DNA from: Eledone cirrhosa
Lineage: Eukaryota
Direction of reading: 5' to 3'
Length of the DNA: 64,000 nt
NCBI GenBank assembly: GCA_964016885.1
Contig: OZ024764.1
Location: 3,100,001-3,164,000, forward strand
Numbering within the stretch: the first letter of the stretch is position 1; every line of letters starts with the position of its first letter. Under the pieces are notes generated by a model, which was not told the origin of the DNA, searched no databases, and saw only the letters and a program-made list of their open reading frames with translations. This document shows positions 1-14,770 of this stretch, piece after piece. The position numbers and the translations under genes were made by a program.

Positions 1-3000
1 TCTCTAAGTATATATATATCTCACACAATATATACACACTATAGGGTATATATTCTTCTCTAAGTATATATATATCTCACACATTATATACACATTATAG
101 GGTATATATTCTTCTCTAAGTATATATATCACACACATTATATACACACTATAGGGTATATATTCTTCTCTAAGTATATATATATATATCTCACACATTA
201 TATACACACTATTGGGTATATATTCTTCTCTAAGTATATATATCTCATTCACACATTATATACACACTATTGGGTATATATTCTTCTCTAAGTATATATA
301 TATATCTCACACAATATATACATTATTGGGTATATATTCTTCTCTAAGTATATATATATATCTCACACTCACATTATATACACACTATAGGGTATATATT
401 CTTCTCTAAGTATATATATATCTCACACACAATATATACACACTATAGGGTATACATTCTTCTCTAAGTATATATATATATCTCACACACAATATATACA
501 CACTATAGGGTATACATTCTTCTCTAAGTATATATATATATATCTCACACACACAATATATACACACTATAGGGTATATATTTTTCTCTAAGTATATATA
601 TCTCATTCACACATTATATACACACTATTGGGTATATATTCTTCTCTAAGTATATATATCTCACTCACACAATATATATGTACATTATTGGGTATATATT
701 CTTCTCTAAGTATATATATATATCTCACACACACATTATATACACACTATAGGGTATATATTCTTCTCTAAGTATATATATATATATCTCACACATTATA
801 TACACACTATAGGGTATATATTCTTCTCTAAGTATATATATATCTCACACACTATTGGGTATATATATATATACATACTATTGGGTATAGTGTTCTCTAA
901 GTATAGTGTTCTCTACATTATATATATACACTATTGGGTATATATTCTCTAAGTATAGTGTTCTCTACATTATATATACACACTATTGGGTATATATTCT
1001 CTAAGTATAGTGTTCTCTAAGTATATATATACACTATTGGGTATATATTCTCTAAGTATAGTGTTCTCTACATTATATATATACACTATTGGGTATATAT
1101 TCTCTAAGTATAGTGTTCTCTACATTATATATACACACTATTGGGTATATATTCTCTAAGTATAGTGTTCTCTAAGTATATATATACACTATTGGGTATA
1201 TATTCTCTAAGTATAGTGTTCTCTAAGTATATATACACACTATTGGGTATATATTCTCTAAGTATAGTGTTCTCTAAGTATATATATACACTATTGGGTA
1301 TATATTCTCTAAGTATAGTGTTCTCTACATTATATATATACACTATTGGGTATATATTCTCTAAGTATAGTGTTCTCTACATTATATATACACACTATTG
1401 GGTATATATTCTCTAAGTATAGTGTTCTCTAAGTATATATATACACTATTGGGTATATATTCTCTAAGTATATATACACACTATTGGGTATATATTCTCT
1501 AAGTATAGTGTTCTCTAAGTATATATATACACTATTGGGTATATATTCTCTAAGTATAGTGTTCTCTACATTATATATATACACTATTGGGTATATATTC
1601 TTTAAGTATAGTGTTCTCTACATTATATATACACACTATTGGGTATATATTCTCTAAGTATATTGTTCTCTAAGTATATATATATCTCACACACTATTGG
1701 GTATATATATATATACATACTATTGGGTATAGTGTTCTCTAAGTATATATATACACTATTGGGTATATATTCTCTAAGTATAGTGTTCTCTACATTATAT
1801 ATATACACTATTGGGTATATATTCTCTAAGTATAGTGTTCTCTACATTATATATACACACTATTGGGTATATATTCTCTAAGTATAGTGTTCTCTACATT
1901 ATATATACACACTATTGGGTATATATTCTCTAAGTATAGTGTTCTCTAAGTATATATATACACTATTGGGTATATATTCTCTAAGTATAGTGTTCTCTAA
2001 GTATATATACACACTATTGGGTATATATTCTCTAAGTATAGTGTTCTCTAAGTATATATGTACACTATTGGGTATATATTCTCTAAGTATAGTGTTCTCT
2101 AAGTATATATACACACTATTGGGTATATATTCTCTAAGTATAGTGTTCTCTAAGTATATATACACACTATTGGGTATATATTCTCTAAGTATAGTGTTCT
2201 CTAAGTATATATACACTATTGGGTATCTACTTCTAAGTATAGTGTTCTCTAAGTATATATACACACTATTGGGTATATATTCTCTAAGTATAGTGTTCTC
2301 TACAATATATATATACACTATTGGGTATATATTCTCTAAGTATAGTGTTCTCTAAGTATATATATACACTATTGGGTATATATTCTCTAAGTATAGTGTT
2401 CTCTACATTATATATATACACTATTGGGTATATATTCTCTAAGTATAGTGTTCTCTACATTATATATACACACTATTGGGTATATATTCTCTAAGTATAG
2501 TGTTCTCTAAGTATATATATACACTATTGGGTATATATTCTCTAAGTATAGTGTTCTCTAAGTATATATACACACTATTGGGTATATATTCTCTAAGTAT
2601 AGTGTTCTCTAAGTATATATATACACTATTGGGTATATATTCTCTAAGTATAGTGTTCTCTACATTATATATATACACTATTGGGTATATATTCTTTAAG
2701 TATAGTGTTCTCTACATTATATATACACACTATTGGGTATATATTCTCTAAGTATATTGTTCTCTAAGTATATATACATTGTTGGGTATATATTCTCTAA
2801 GTATAGTGTTCTCTACATTATATATATACACTATTGGGTATATATTCTCTAAGTATAGTGTTCTCTACATTATATATACACTATTGGGTATATATTCTCT
2901 AAGTATAGTGTTCTCTAAGTATATATATACACTCTTGGGTATATATTCTCTAAGTATAGTGTTCTCTAAGTATATATATACACTATTGGGTATATATTCT

Positions 3001-6000
3001 CTAAGTATAGTGTTCTCTAAGTATATATATATACACTATTGGGTATATATTATCTAAGTATAGTGTTCTCTACATGATATATACACACTATTGGGTATAT
3101 ATTCTCTAAGTATAGTGTTCTCTACATTATATATATACAGTATTGGGTATATATTCTCTAAGTATAGTGTTCTCTAAGTATATATATACACTCTTGGGTA
3201 TATATTCTCTAAGTATAATGTTCTCTAAGTATATATATACACTATTGGGTATATATTCTCTAAGTATATATATACACTATTGGGTATATATTCTCTAAGT
3301 ATAGTGTTCTCTACATTATATATACACACTATTGGGTATATATTCTCTAAGTATAGTGTTCTCTACATTATATATACACACTATTGGGTATATATTCTCT
3401 AAGTATAGTGTTCTCTAAGTATATATATACACTATTGGGTATATATTCTCTAAGTATAGTGTTCTCTACATTATATATATACACTATTGGGTATATATTC
3501 TCTAAGTATAGTGTTCTCTAAGTATATATATACACTATTGGGTATATATTCTCTAAGTATAGTGTTCTCTAAGTATATATACACACTATTGGGTATATAT
3601 TCTCTAAGTATAGTGTTCTCTAAGTATATATGTACACTATTGGGTATATATTCTCTAAGTATAGTGTTCTCTAAGTATATATACACACTATTGGGTATCT
3701 ACTTCTAAGTATAGTGTTCTCTAAGTATATATACACACTATTGGGTATATATTCTCTAAGTATAGTGTTCTCTACAATATATATATACACTATTGGGTAT
3801 ATATTCTCTAGGTATAGTGTTCTATACATTATATATATACACTATTGGGTATATATTCTCTAAGTATAGTGTTCTCTACAATATATATATACACTATTGG
3901 GTATATATTCTCTAAGTATAGTGTTCTCTAAGTATATATATACACTATTAGGTATATATTCTCTAAGTATAGTGTTCTCTACATTATATATATACACTAT
4001 TGGGTATATATTCTCTAAGTATATATACACTATTGGGTATATATTCTCTAAGTATAGTGTTCTCTACATTATATATATACACTATTGGGTATATATTCTC
4101 TAAGTATAGTGTTCTCTACATTATATATACACACTATTGGGTATATATTCTCTAAGTATAGTGTTCTCTAAGTATATATATACACTATTGGGTATATATT
4201 CTCTAAGTATAGTGTTCTCTAAGTATATATACACACTATTGGGTATATATTCTCTAAGTTTAGTGTTCTCTAAGTATATATATACACTATTGGGTATATA
4301 TTCTCTAAGTATAGTGTTCTCTACATTATATATATACACTATTGGGTATATATTCTTTAAGTATAGTGTTCTCTACATTATATATACACACTATTGGGTA
4401 TATATTCTCTAAGTATATTGTTCTCTACATTATATATACACTATCGGGTATATATTCTCTAAGTATAGTGTTCTCTACATTATATATACACTATTGGGTA
4501 TATATTCTCTAAGTATAGTGTTCTCTACATTATATATATACACTATTGGGTATATATTCTATAAGTATAGTGTTCTCTACATTATATATATACACTATTG
4601 GGTATATATTCTCTAAGTATAGTGTTCTCTACATTATATATACACTATTGGGTATATATTCTCTAAGTATAGTGTTCTCTAAGTATATATATACACTCTT
4701 GGGTATATATTCTCTAAGTATAGTGTTCTCTAAGTATATATATACACTATTGGGTATATATTCTCTAAGTATAGTGTTCTCTAAGTATATATATATACAC
4801 TATTGGGTATATATTATCTAAGTATAGTGTTCTCTACATGATATATACACACTATTGGGTATATATTCTCTAAGTATAGTGTTCTCTACATTATATATAT
4901 ACAGTATTGGGTATATATTCTCTAAGTATAGTGTTCTCTAAGTATATATATACACTCTTGGGTATATATTCTCTAAGTATAATGTTCTCTAAGTATATAT
5001 ATACACTATTGGGTATATATTCTCTAAGTCTAGTGTTCTCTACATTATATATATACACTATTGGGTATATATTCTCTAAGTATATTGTTCTCTAAGTATA
5101 TATATACACTATTGGGTATATATTCTCTAAGTATATATACACACTATTGGGTATCTACTTCTAAGTATAGTGTTCTCTAAGTATATATATACACTATTGG
5201 GTATATATTCTCTAAGTATAGTGTTCTCTACATTATATATACACACTATTGGGTATATATTCTCTAAGTATAGTGTTCTCTACATTATATATACACACTA
5301 TTGGGTATATATTCTCTAAGTATAGTGTTCTCTAAGTATATATATACACTATTGGGTATATATTCTCTAAGTATAGTGTTCTCTACATTATATATATACA
5401 CTATTGGGTATATATTCTCTAAGTATAGTGTTCTCTAAGTATATATATACACTATTGGGTATATATTCTCTAAGTATAGTGTTCTCTAAGTATATATACA
5501 CACTATTGGGTATATATTCTCTAAGTATAGTGTTCTCTAAGTATATATGTACACTATTGGGTATATATTCTCTAAGTATAGTGTTCTCTAAGTATATATA
5601 CACACAATTGGGTATATATTCTCTAAGTATAGTGTTCTCTAAGTATATATACACACTATTGGGTATATATTCTCTAAGTATAGTGTTCTCTAAGTATATA
5701 TACACTATTGGGTATCTACTTCTAAGTATAGTGTTCTCTAAGTATATATACACACTATTGGGTATATATTCTCTAAGTATATATACACTATTGGGTATAT
5801 ATTCTCTAAGTATAGTGTTCTCTAAGTATATATATACACTATTAGGTATATATTCTCTAAGTATAGTGTTCTCTACATTATATATATACACTATTGGGTA
5901 TATATTCTCTAAGTATAGTGTTCTCTACATTATATATATACACTATTGGGTATATATTCTCTAAGTATAGTGTTCTCTAAGTATATATATACACTATTGG

Positions 6001-8330
6001 GTATATATTCTCTAAGTATAGTGTTCTCTAAGTATATATACACACTATTGGGTATATATTCTCTAAGTATAGTGTTCTCTAAGTATATATGTACACTATT
6101 GGGTATATATTCTCTAAGTATAGTGTTCTCTAAGTATATATACACACTATTGGGTATATATTCTCTAAGTATAGTGTTCTCTAAGTATATATACACACTA
6201 TTGGGTATATATTCTCTAAGTATATATACACTATTGGGTATATATTCTCTAAGTATAGTGTTCTCTAAGTATATATACACACTATTGGGTATATATTCTC
6301 TAAGTATAGTGTTCTCTACAATATATATATACACTATTGGGTATATATTCTCTAAGTATAGTGTTCTCTAAGTATATATATACACTATTAGGTATATATT
6401 CTCTAAGTATAGTGTTCTCTACATTATATATATACACTATTGGGTATATATTCTCTAAGTATATTGTTCTCTAAGTATATATACACACTATTGGGTATAT
6501 ATTCTCTAAGTATATATACACTATTGGGTATATATTCTCTAAGTATAGTGTTCTCTACATTATATATATACACTATTGGGTATATATTCTCTAAGTATAG
6601 TGTTCTCTAAGTATATATACACACTATTGGGTATATATTCTCTAAGTATAGTGTTCTCTAAGTATATATATACACTATTGGGTATATATTCTATAAGTAT
6701 AGTGTTCTCTAAGTATATATATACACTATTGGGTATATATTCTCTAAGTATAGTGTTCTCTACATTATATATACACACTATTGGGTATATATTCTCTAAG
6801 TATAGTGTTCTCTACATTATATATACACACTATTGGGTATATATTCTCTAAGTATAGTGTTCTCTAAGTATATATATACACTATTGGGTATATATTCTCT
6901 AAGTATAGTGTTCTCTACATTATATATATACACTATTGGGTATATATTCTCTAAGTATAGTGTTCTCTAAGTATATATATACACTATTGGGTATATATTC
7001 TCTAAGTATAGTGTTCTCTAAGTATATATACACACTATTGGGTATATATTCTCTAAGTATAGTGTTCTCTAAGTATATATGTACACTATTGGGTATATAT
7101 TCTCTAAGTATAGTGTTCTCTAAGTATATATACACACAATTGGGTATATATTCTCTAAGTATAGTGTTCTCTAAGTATATATACACACTATTGGGTATAT
7201 ATTCTCTAAGTATAGTGTTCTCTAAGTATATATACACTATTGGGTATCTACTTCTAAGTATAGTGTTCTCTAAGTATATATACACACTATTGGGTATATA
7301 TTCTCTAAGTATATATACACTATTGGGTATATATTCTCTAAGTATAGTGTTCTCTAAGTATATATATACACTATTAGGTATATATTCTCTAAGTATAGTG
7401 TTCTCTACATTATATATATACACTATTGGGTATATATTCTCTAAGTATAGTGTTCTCTACATTATATATATACACTATTGGGTATATATTCTCTAAGTAT
7501 AGTGTTCTCTAAGTATATATATACACTATTGGGTATATATTCTCTAAGTATAGTGTTCTCTAAGTATATATACACACTATTGGGTATATATTCTCTAAGT
7601 ATAGTGTTCTCTAAGTATATATGTACACTATTGGGTATATATTCTCTAAGTATAGTGTTCTCTAAGTATATATACACACTATTGGGTATATATTCTCTAA
7701 GTATAGTGTTCTCTAAGTATATATACACACTATTGGGTATATATTCTCTAAGTATATATACACTATTGGGTATATATTCTCTAAGTATAGTGTTCTCTAA
7801 GTATATATACACACTATTGGGTATATATTCTCTAAGTATAGTGTTCTCTACAATATATATATACACTATTGGGTATATATTCTCTAAGTATAGTGTTCTC
7901 TAAGTATATATATACACTATTAGGTATATATTCTCTAAGTATAGTGTTCTCTACATTATATATATACACTATTGGGTATATATTCTCTAAGTATATTGTT
8001 CTCTAAGTATATATACACACTATTGGGTATATATTCTCTAAGTATATATACACTATTGGGTATATATTCTCTAAGTATAGTGTTCTCTACATTATATATA
8101 TACACTATTGGGTATATATTCTCTAAGTATAGTGTTCTCTAAGTATATATACACACTATTGGGTATATATTCTCTAAGTATAGTGTTCTCTAAGTATATA
8201 TATACACTATTGGGTATATATTCTATAAGTATAGTGTTCTCTAAGTATATATATACACTATTGGGTATATATTCTCTAAGTATAGTGTTCTCTAAGTATA
8301 TATACACTCTTGGGTATCTACTTCTAAGTA
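1..8330. repeat. AT-rich ~51-bp minisatellite array (tacactattgggtatatattctctaagtatagtgttctctaagtatata), with a variant unit in the first ~850 bp
   Basis: Direct tandem periodicity; 17-aa repeating ORF artefacts; runs off the window start. Confidence 0.98.
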
Positions 8331-8464
8331 TAAAGTGTTGTTTCAACTTTAAGAATTGGTGTGTGTAAATGTGTATGTATTTATATATGTGTATGTGTGT
8401 ATATATATACATATATATGTGTGTGTGTGTATGTTTATATATATATATATATATTATTGCTTGC

Positions 8465-8680
8465 TTGGCAATATCGGTAGAGCGTTAGACACCATGCTTT
8501 GCAGCATAGAGTTATGGCCCTTTACGTTCTAAGCTCAAAACCCGCCAAGGTTAGCTTTGCCTTTCATCCTTACAGAGGTTGATAAAATAAAGTACCAGTA
8601 ATGTACTGGGGTTGATTTAGTCGACTTTCCCCTCCCCCAGAATTACTGGCTTTGTGCCTATTGTAGAACTCATTATTATT
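8465..8680 (+). mobile_element. Meta-domain-like tRNA SINE
   Basis: Homologous to 30110-30500; (att)n tail. Confidence 0.78.
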
Positions 8681-9164
8681 AATGTTAATATATATATATA
8701 CACACATGCGTGTATGTATGTATGTATGTATGTATGTATGAATGTATTGTCTGTGTATAAATGTTTATGTATATATATATATATATACGTGAGTGTGTGT
8801 GTGTGTTCATATATATTATTTGTGTGAAAGTGTGATTAAATCTATCATCATCATCATCTTCATCATCATCGTCGTGTTTCCATGGGTTGTACTGGTTTGT
8901 CCCCACCCCGCCATGTCAGAGATAACCCAACCACAGTGCTCTGTTATGTTGGCTCTACCCTCTTTGTCAAGTACAGCCCCCCCCCCCCCCCCCGGCCCTT
9001 CCTCTCTCACAGGAAACCTATCTTCCTTCCCATCTCGGAATCCCTGCCCTACAACCACCACCACTACCCCGGTCCTTTACATGATACACATTGCATGGGT
9101 GTTGGTTAGGTGGGCTGTGTATGGTTGGTAGCTGGAAATATGTATATGAATGTATGTCTTTCTC

Positions 9165-9324
9165 TGAATATATATATTTATGTGTGTGTGTGTGTATATA
9201 TATATATACACATATATGTACATGTATATATGTGTGCGTATAAATATATATATATTTATATATATATATGTATGTGTGTGTGTATATATATACACACACA
9301 TATATGTACATGTATATGTGTGCG

Positions 9325-9355
<31 letters not shown>

Positions 9356-9421
9356 TTGTGTGTGTGTATATATATATATACATGCACACATATATGTACA
9401 TGTATATATGTGTGCGTATAA

Positions 9422-9456
<35 letters not shown>

Positions 9457-9767
9457 CGTGTATATATATATACACACACATATATATACATGTATATATG
9501 TGTGCGTATAAATATATATATATATATATATATTTGTGTGTGTGTATATATATATATACACGCACACATATATGTACATGTATATATGTGTGCGTATAAA
9601 TATATATATATATATATATTTATGTGTGTGTGTGTATATATATACACACACATATATGTACATGTATATATGTGTGCGTATAAATATATATATATATATA
9701 TTTGTGTGTGTGTATATATATATATACACGCACACATATATGTACATGTATATATGTGTGCGTATAA

Positions 9768-9798
<31 letters not shown>

Positions 9799-9965
9799 CG
9801 TGTATATATATATTTATGTGTGTGTGTATATATATACACACACATATGTACATGTATATATGTGTGTGTATAAATATATATATATATGTATATGTATATA
9901 TATATATGTGTGTGTGTGTGTGTATATATACACACACATATATGTGTGTGTGTGTGTGTGTGTGT
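9165..9965. repeat. Compound (TA)/(TG)/(CA) minisatellite
   Basis: Recurring gtacatgtatatatgtgtgcgtataaa anchor between dinucleotide runs. Confidence 0.9.
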
Positions 9966-10145
9966 ATCCCGGGTTCATTCGAGGGTAACCATAGTAAGTA
10001 AGGTACTCAATACATAGCAGAGTATAGATATTTAATATAGAAATGGCTTCTACAGGACTAGAGCTGTTTCATTCAAAGGAACTCCTCAGTTCCAGCCCTG
10101 TAGAAGCCATTTCTATATTTTATATGTATATATATATATATATAT

Positions 10146-10217
<72 letters not shown>

Positions 10218-10239
10218 ACACATACACCTATATGTGTGT

Positions 10240-10440
10240 GTAGCAATATCAGTAGATGTGAAAATGTAAAAGGAAAACTGCTGAATTAGGAAGGGAGCTG
10301 GAATATATATCCATTCTGAGCTCAAATTCCGCCGAGGTTAACTTTGCCTTTCATCCTTACGGGGTCGATAAAATAAAGTACCAGTAATGCACTGGGATAA
10401 TTGCTGGCCTTGTGCCTAAAGTAGAAACAATTATATTATT
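10240..10440 (+). mobile_element. Meta-domain-like tRNA SINE
   Basis: Central domain and tail near-identical to the family; head diverged. Confidence 0.78.
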
Positions 10441-10823
10441 TATCTTCATACACAGAATAAAGGAGCTGTTCATGGTTTCTGGGCCCAGATTTGACCATAC
10501 CTCCAGAAAACAATCTTGTCTCTTGTTGTCTTGAGGTATGGTCAAATTTGGGCCTTGTAACTTTTGGTAGTCTCTTATAATAATGAAAATATTGTGTACA
10601 GTGCTCAGGTGCACTACAACACATCAAAGGTGTATGTATAGTACATAGGTTAATGTACAAACGTCAGGAAAATTAACAGAGCATGAGTCAAGATATACAC
10701 ATGTGTGCATGTGTATGGAAGGGGTACATCAGGTGTAGTTTTGGCGAATTTCGCGAATTTCGAGGGTTTTAAAGGATGCAGTGTTCTTTGTTCTGTGTAT
10801 GAACATAAATAATATAATATAAG

Positions 10824-10856
<33 letters not shown>

Positions 10857-10871
10857 AGATATATATACATA

Positions 10872-11145
10872 TGAGAGATACTGAAAAGGTCCTGGCTTTG
10901 GGTAAAAGAAAATACAGGAGGAGCAGTTAATTCTGATTTTATTCAACATATTCGCCTCTCAGATTCGCACACTCATTGCAGTGGTTCTACTTCCCATGTA
11001 AAGGTAACAGCTCTACCCTTTCGTGACACTTATGGCAGTGGTCCTTCAGTTTTTCTAAGCTCTGTAAAATGGACTCGGAAAACTGGGCCATGGACCAGGC
11101 CCCTGTAGCAGCAATCAAGCCAGGAAATTTTTCAGCACCTCCTCG
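10872..11145. mobile_element. Mariner-derived MITE or internally deleted element
   Basis: TA-flanked imperfect TIRs (tgagagatactgaaaaggtcctggc / gccaggaaatttttcagcacctcctcg); minus-strand remnant resembles a mariner transposase C-terminus ([11 protein letters not shown]). Confidence 0.55.
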
Positions 11146-11149
11146 TATG

Positions 11150-11169
11150 TATATATATATATATATATG

Positions 11170-11206
<37 letters not shown>

Positions 11207-11326
11207 TTACGCACACACACGTGTATATTTATGTGTGTGATCTATATATATATATATATATTATATATATATATATATATATATGTATATTTACGCACAC
11301 ACACGTGTATATTTATGTGTGTGATG

Positions 11327-11360
<34 letters not shown>

Positions 11361-11410
11361 ATATATATGTATATTTACGCACACACACGTGTATATTTAT
11401 GTGTGTGATG

Positions 11411-11444
<34 letters not shown>

Positions 11445-11885
11445 ATATATATGTATATTTACGCACACACACATGTATATTTATGTGTGTGATGTATATA
11501 TATATATATATATGTATATTTACGCACACACACGTGTATATTTATGTGTGTGATGTATGTATATATATATATATATATATGTATATTTACGCACACACAC
11601 GTGTATATTTATGTGTGTGATGTATATATATATATATATATATATGTATATTTATGCACACACACGTGTATATTTATGTGTGTGATGTATTTATATATAT
11701 ATGTATATATGTATATTTACGCACACACACATGTATATTTATGTGTGTGATGTGTATATATATATATATATGTATATTTACGCACACACACGTGTATATT
11801 TATGTGTGTGATGTATGTATATATATATATATATATGTGTGTGTCTATATTTATGTGTGTGATGTATATATGCGTGTGTGTGTGT
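11150..11885. repeat. Compound minisatellite (tttacgcacacacacgtgtatatttatgtgtgtga + (TA)n)
   Basis: About 9 recurring units. Confidence 0.9.
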
Positions 11886-12112
11886 ACACCACCCAGCCCT
11901 AGCTAGCAGGGAAAACAGACATTTAAAGATGATGATGATGATGATGATGGTGGTGATAATGGTGATGATAACGATGATGATGATGATGATATGAATATAT
12001 ATATATATTTATATAAACTCTGCCTAATTGTCTTGTGTCCTTTCTCTCCCCCTTTCTTTCTTTCTCTCTCTCTTTCTCTTTCTCTCTCTCTCTTTCTCTC
12101 TCTGCCCCCTCA

Positions 12113-12151
<39 letters not shown>

Positions 12152-12185
12152 CCAACCCTCCCACCAAAACCTTGTCTTCCTCCAG

Positions 12186-12317
12186 TCCAAGAGCAACAGT
12201 AACATCAGGCGCCAGCCGAGCGGCTACATTGTGTTTGCCGGAGAGATCCGGAAGCAGATACAGCAGGAAAATCCGGATTGTTCTTTCGGAGACATCAGCC
12301 GGATTGTCGGAACGAAG
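12186..12317 (+). CDS. PBRM1: Polybromo-1 exon, N-terminal half of HMG box (SKSNSNIRRQPSGYIVFAGEIRKQIQQENPDCSFGDISRIVGTK)
   Basis: HMG-box motif SGYIVF...ENPD.SFGDISR.VG.(W) as in PBRM1; CT-rich tract plus ctccag acceptor; AAG|gtatgt donor; 132 nt, phase 0-0. Confidence 0.93.
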
Positions 12318-12541
12318 GTATGTCCAGTGTCCAGTGTCGAATGGTATTTCGGTGTTGCTTGATGGTGTTTCAGTGGCTTTTTTCAGTGGTGTTTAGTGTT
12401 GTTTGATGTTGTTTCAGTGGTGTTAGGTGGCTTTTCAGTGTTGTTTGCTGGTTTTTTCAGTGTTTCGTGTTGTTTCGATGTTGTTTCAATACGTTTGATA
12501 TTGTTGTTGTTGTTGTTGTTGTTGTTGTCGATGTTGTAATA

Positions 12542-12922
12542 CAGAGGTTCTCGAACTTTTGGGGCCACTCTCCCCCCTCTCAGGGCCATATATTACCCTC
12601 AGAACCCCCCCAACCCTATTTTCAGAGAGCCCTACCTACATGCAAATTGTAAATAATATATAATAAATGAAATCATTAATTTATAAATAATATTATATTA
12701 TATATATATATAAATAATATTATATTATATATATATTATATTATACTATATGTATAAATAAATATTATATATTTATTCTTTTACTATATTTATGTAAAAT
12801 ATGTCTCATTTGATATTTAATATGCTATTATATCATTTACTGCCCCCTTAGGCTGTAGTGACCCCTTGGACCTTCTGAACACCCCCCAGGCAGGGTGGTA
12901 GTCCCCTCTTTGGGAACCTCTG
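12542..12922. mobile_element. hAT-like MITE
   Basis: TIRs CAGAGGTTCTCGAA / TTTGGGAACCTCTG around an AT-rich core; 8-bp TSD only partly matching (ttgtaata vs ttgttgtt). Confidence 0.6.
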
Positions 12923-13219
12923 TTGTTGTTGTTCTGAGTGCTGATGGTGGCGTGGATGCCTGTAGTATGGCTAAGTAATTAAGGAATATTTGCTTCGTAG
13001 TCGTTAGAACAGGTTTACAGCGTGTTGGGGGAAGTGATGTTATCGAGACATGAGTAGCTCACCTTACGTTCTGCTTATTGGAGCGAACAATACCCAGAAT
13101 TACTGCAGAACCTCGTAGACACAGCATATCTTAATAGTTACACTTTACAGTCATTAGTTAGTACCCAACCTACCCACGCCGCTGTTGGGAAGGATCTTAT
13201 CTAGGCATGTGGCTAGCAT

Positions 13220-13995
13220 CTACATTACTCTATATATACTATTGTATTGTCACAGTAAAGGCTTTACCTCACATAATATCTCACATAACATTTACATTAC
13301 TCTATATATACTATTGTATTTTCACAGTAAAGGCTTTACCTCACATAATATCTCACATAACATTTACATTACTCTATATATACTATTGTATTGTCACAGT
13401 AAAGGCTTTACCTCACATAATATCTCACATAACATTTACATTACTCTATATATACTATTGTATTGTCACAGTAAAGGCTTTACCTCACATAATATCTCAC
13501 ATAACATTTACATTACTCTATATATACTATTGTATTGTCACAGTAAAGGCTTTACCTCACATAATATCTCGCATAACATTTACATTACTCTATATATACT
13601 ATTGTATTTTCACAATAAAGGCTTTACCTCACATAACATTTACATTACTCTATATATACTATTGTATTTTCACAGTAAAGGCTTTACCTCACATAATATC
13701 TCACATAACATTTACATTACTCTATATATACTATTGTATTTTCACAGTAAAGGCTTTACCTCACATAATATCTCACATAACATTTACATTACTCTATATA
13801 TACTATTGTATTGTCACAGTAAAGGCTTTACCTCACATAATATCTCACATAACATTTACATTACTCTATATATACTATTGTATTTTCACAGTAAAGGCTT
13901 TACCTCACATAATATCTCACATAACATTTACATTACTCTATATATACTATTGTATTTTCACAGTAAAGGCTTTACCTCACATATCTCACATAATA
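13220..13995. repeat. 69-bp minisatellite (about 11 copies)
   Basis: Unit tacattactctatatatactattgtattttcacagtaaaggctttacctcacataatatctcacataacatt. Confidence 0.97.
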
Positions 13996-14428
13996 TTGAA
14001 TCTACAAGATTTTGATATTATTTATTTTGGGAACAATACCTTAACATAAGTAATAGCAGCTGGTTACAGCCAGTTTGAAGAGAAAGAGGTGAGAGAATTC
14101 TGGCCAGATATGGCTGGTTTAACTGCTAAAGAGTTAATGTTAATCTTATCATGGGGTTAGAACCCAGAACCATGTGGGCACATAAAGGACCACTAACACA
14201 TAGTTTATTGTTTAAGGAATCCGATTCACAATCATTGTGTGTCGAGTTTCGTGGATGGTTTTTAGATTTTAAAAAACATATTTACTGGAAATCAAACAGC
14301 TTAGTATTATAGAACCAAGGTGAAACTATGCCCTTCAACCCTTTTAGGTCGATAAAAAATAAGTACCAGTCTAATAGTGGGTAGCTTTTAACTCTATCTC
14401 TCTCTTTCTCTCTTTCATTCTCATTCAT

Positions 14429-14770
14429 GGAGGCACATGGCTTAGTGGTTAGAGCATTGGGCTTGCAATCGAAAGGTTGTGAGTTCAATTCTCAGACCGA
14501 GTGATGTGTTGTTTCCTAAGCAAGACACTTTATTTCACATTGCTCCAGTTTACTCAGCTGTAGAAATGAGATGATAGGGACTGGGGTCCCTATAATTCCA
14601 CTGCAAAGTGGTCATGGAGGTGCCACGGCAAAAAAGCACCCAGCACTCACTGTAAATGAGGTTGGTGTTAGGAAGGGCATCCAGCTGTAGAAATCAAGCC
14701 AGAATCAGTTCCCGTCCCACCCTTGCAAGCAGGGAAAAGCGGACGTAAAATGAAAATGATGATGATGATT
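14429..14770 (+). mobile_element. tRNA-derived CORE-like SINE with RTE-type tail
   Basis: A box TGGCTTAGTGG, B box GAGTTCAATTC, CORE-like ccta/tgagcaagacacttt...ctcagctgtagaaatg, tail ending in (GAT)n. Confidence 0.88.

Noticed and set aside
1-8412. Many repetitive ORFs (LENTILREYIPNSVYIY)n
   Set aside because: Translations of a 51-bp satellite
14429-14500. tRNA gene-like sequences (also 15903, 30110, 45501, 52075)
   Set aside because: A/B boxes continue into SINE bodies and tails; these are SINE heads, not functional tRNAs
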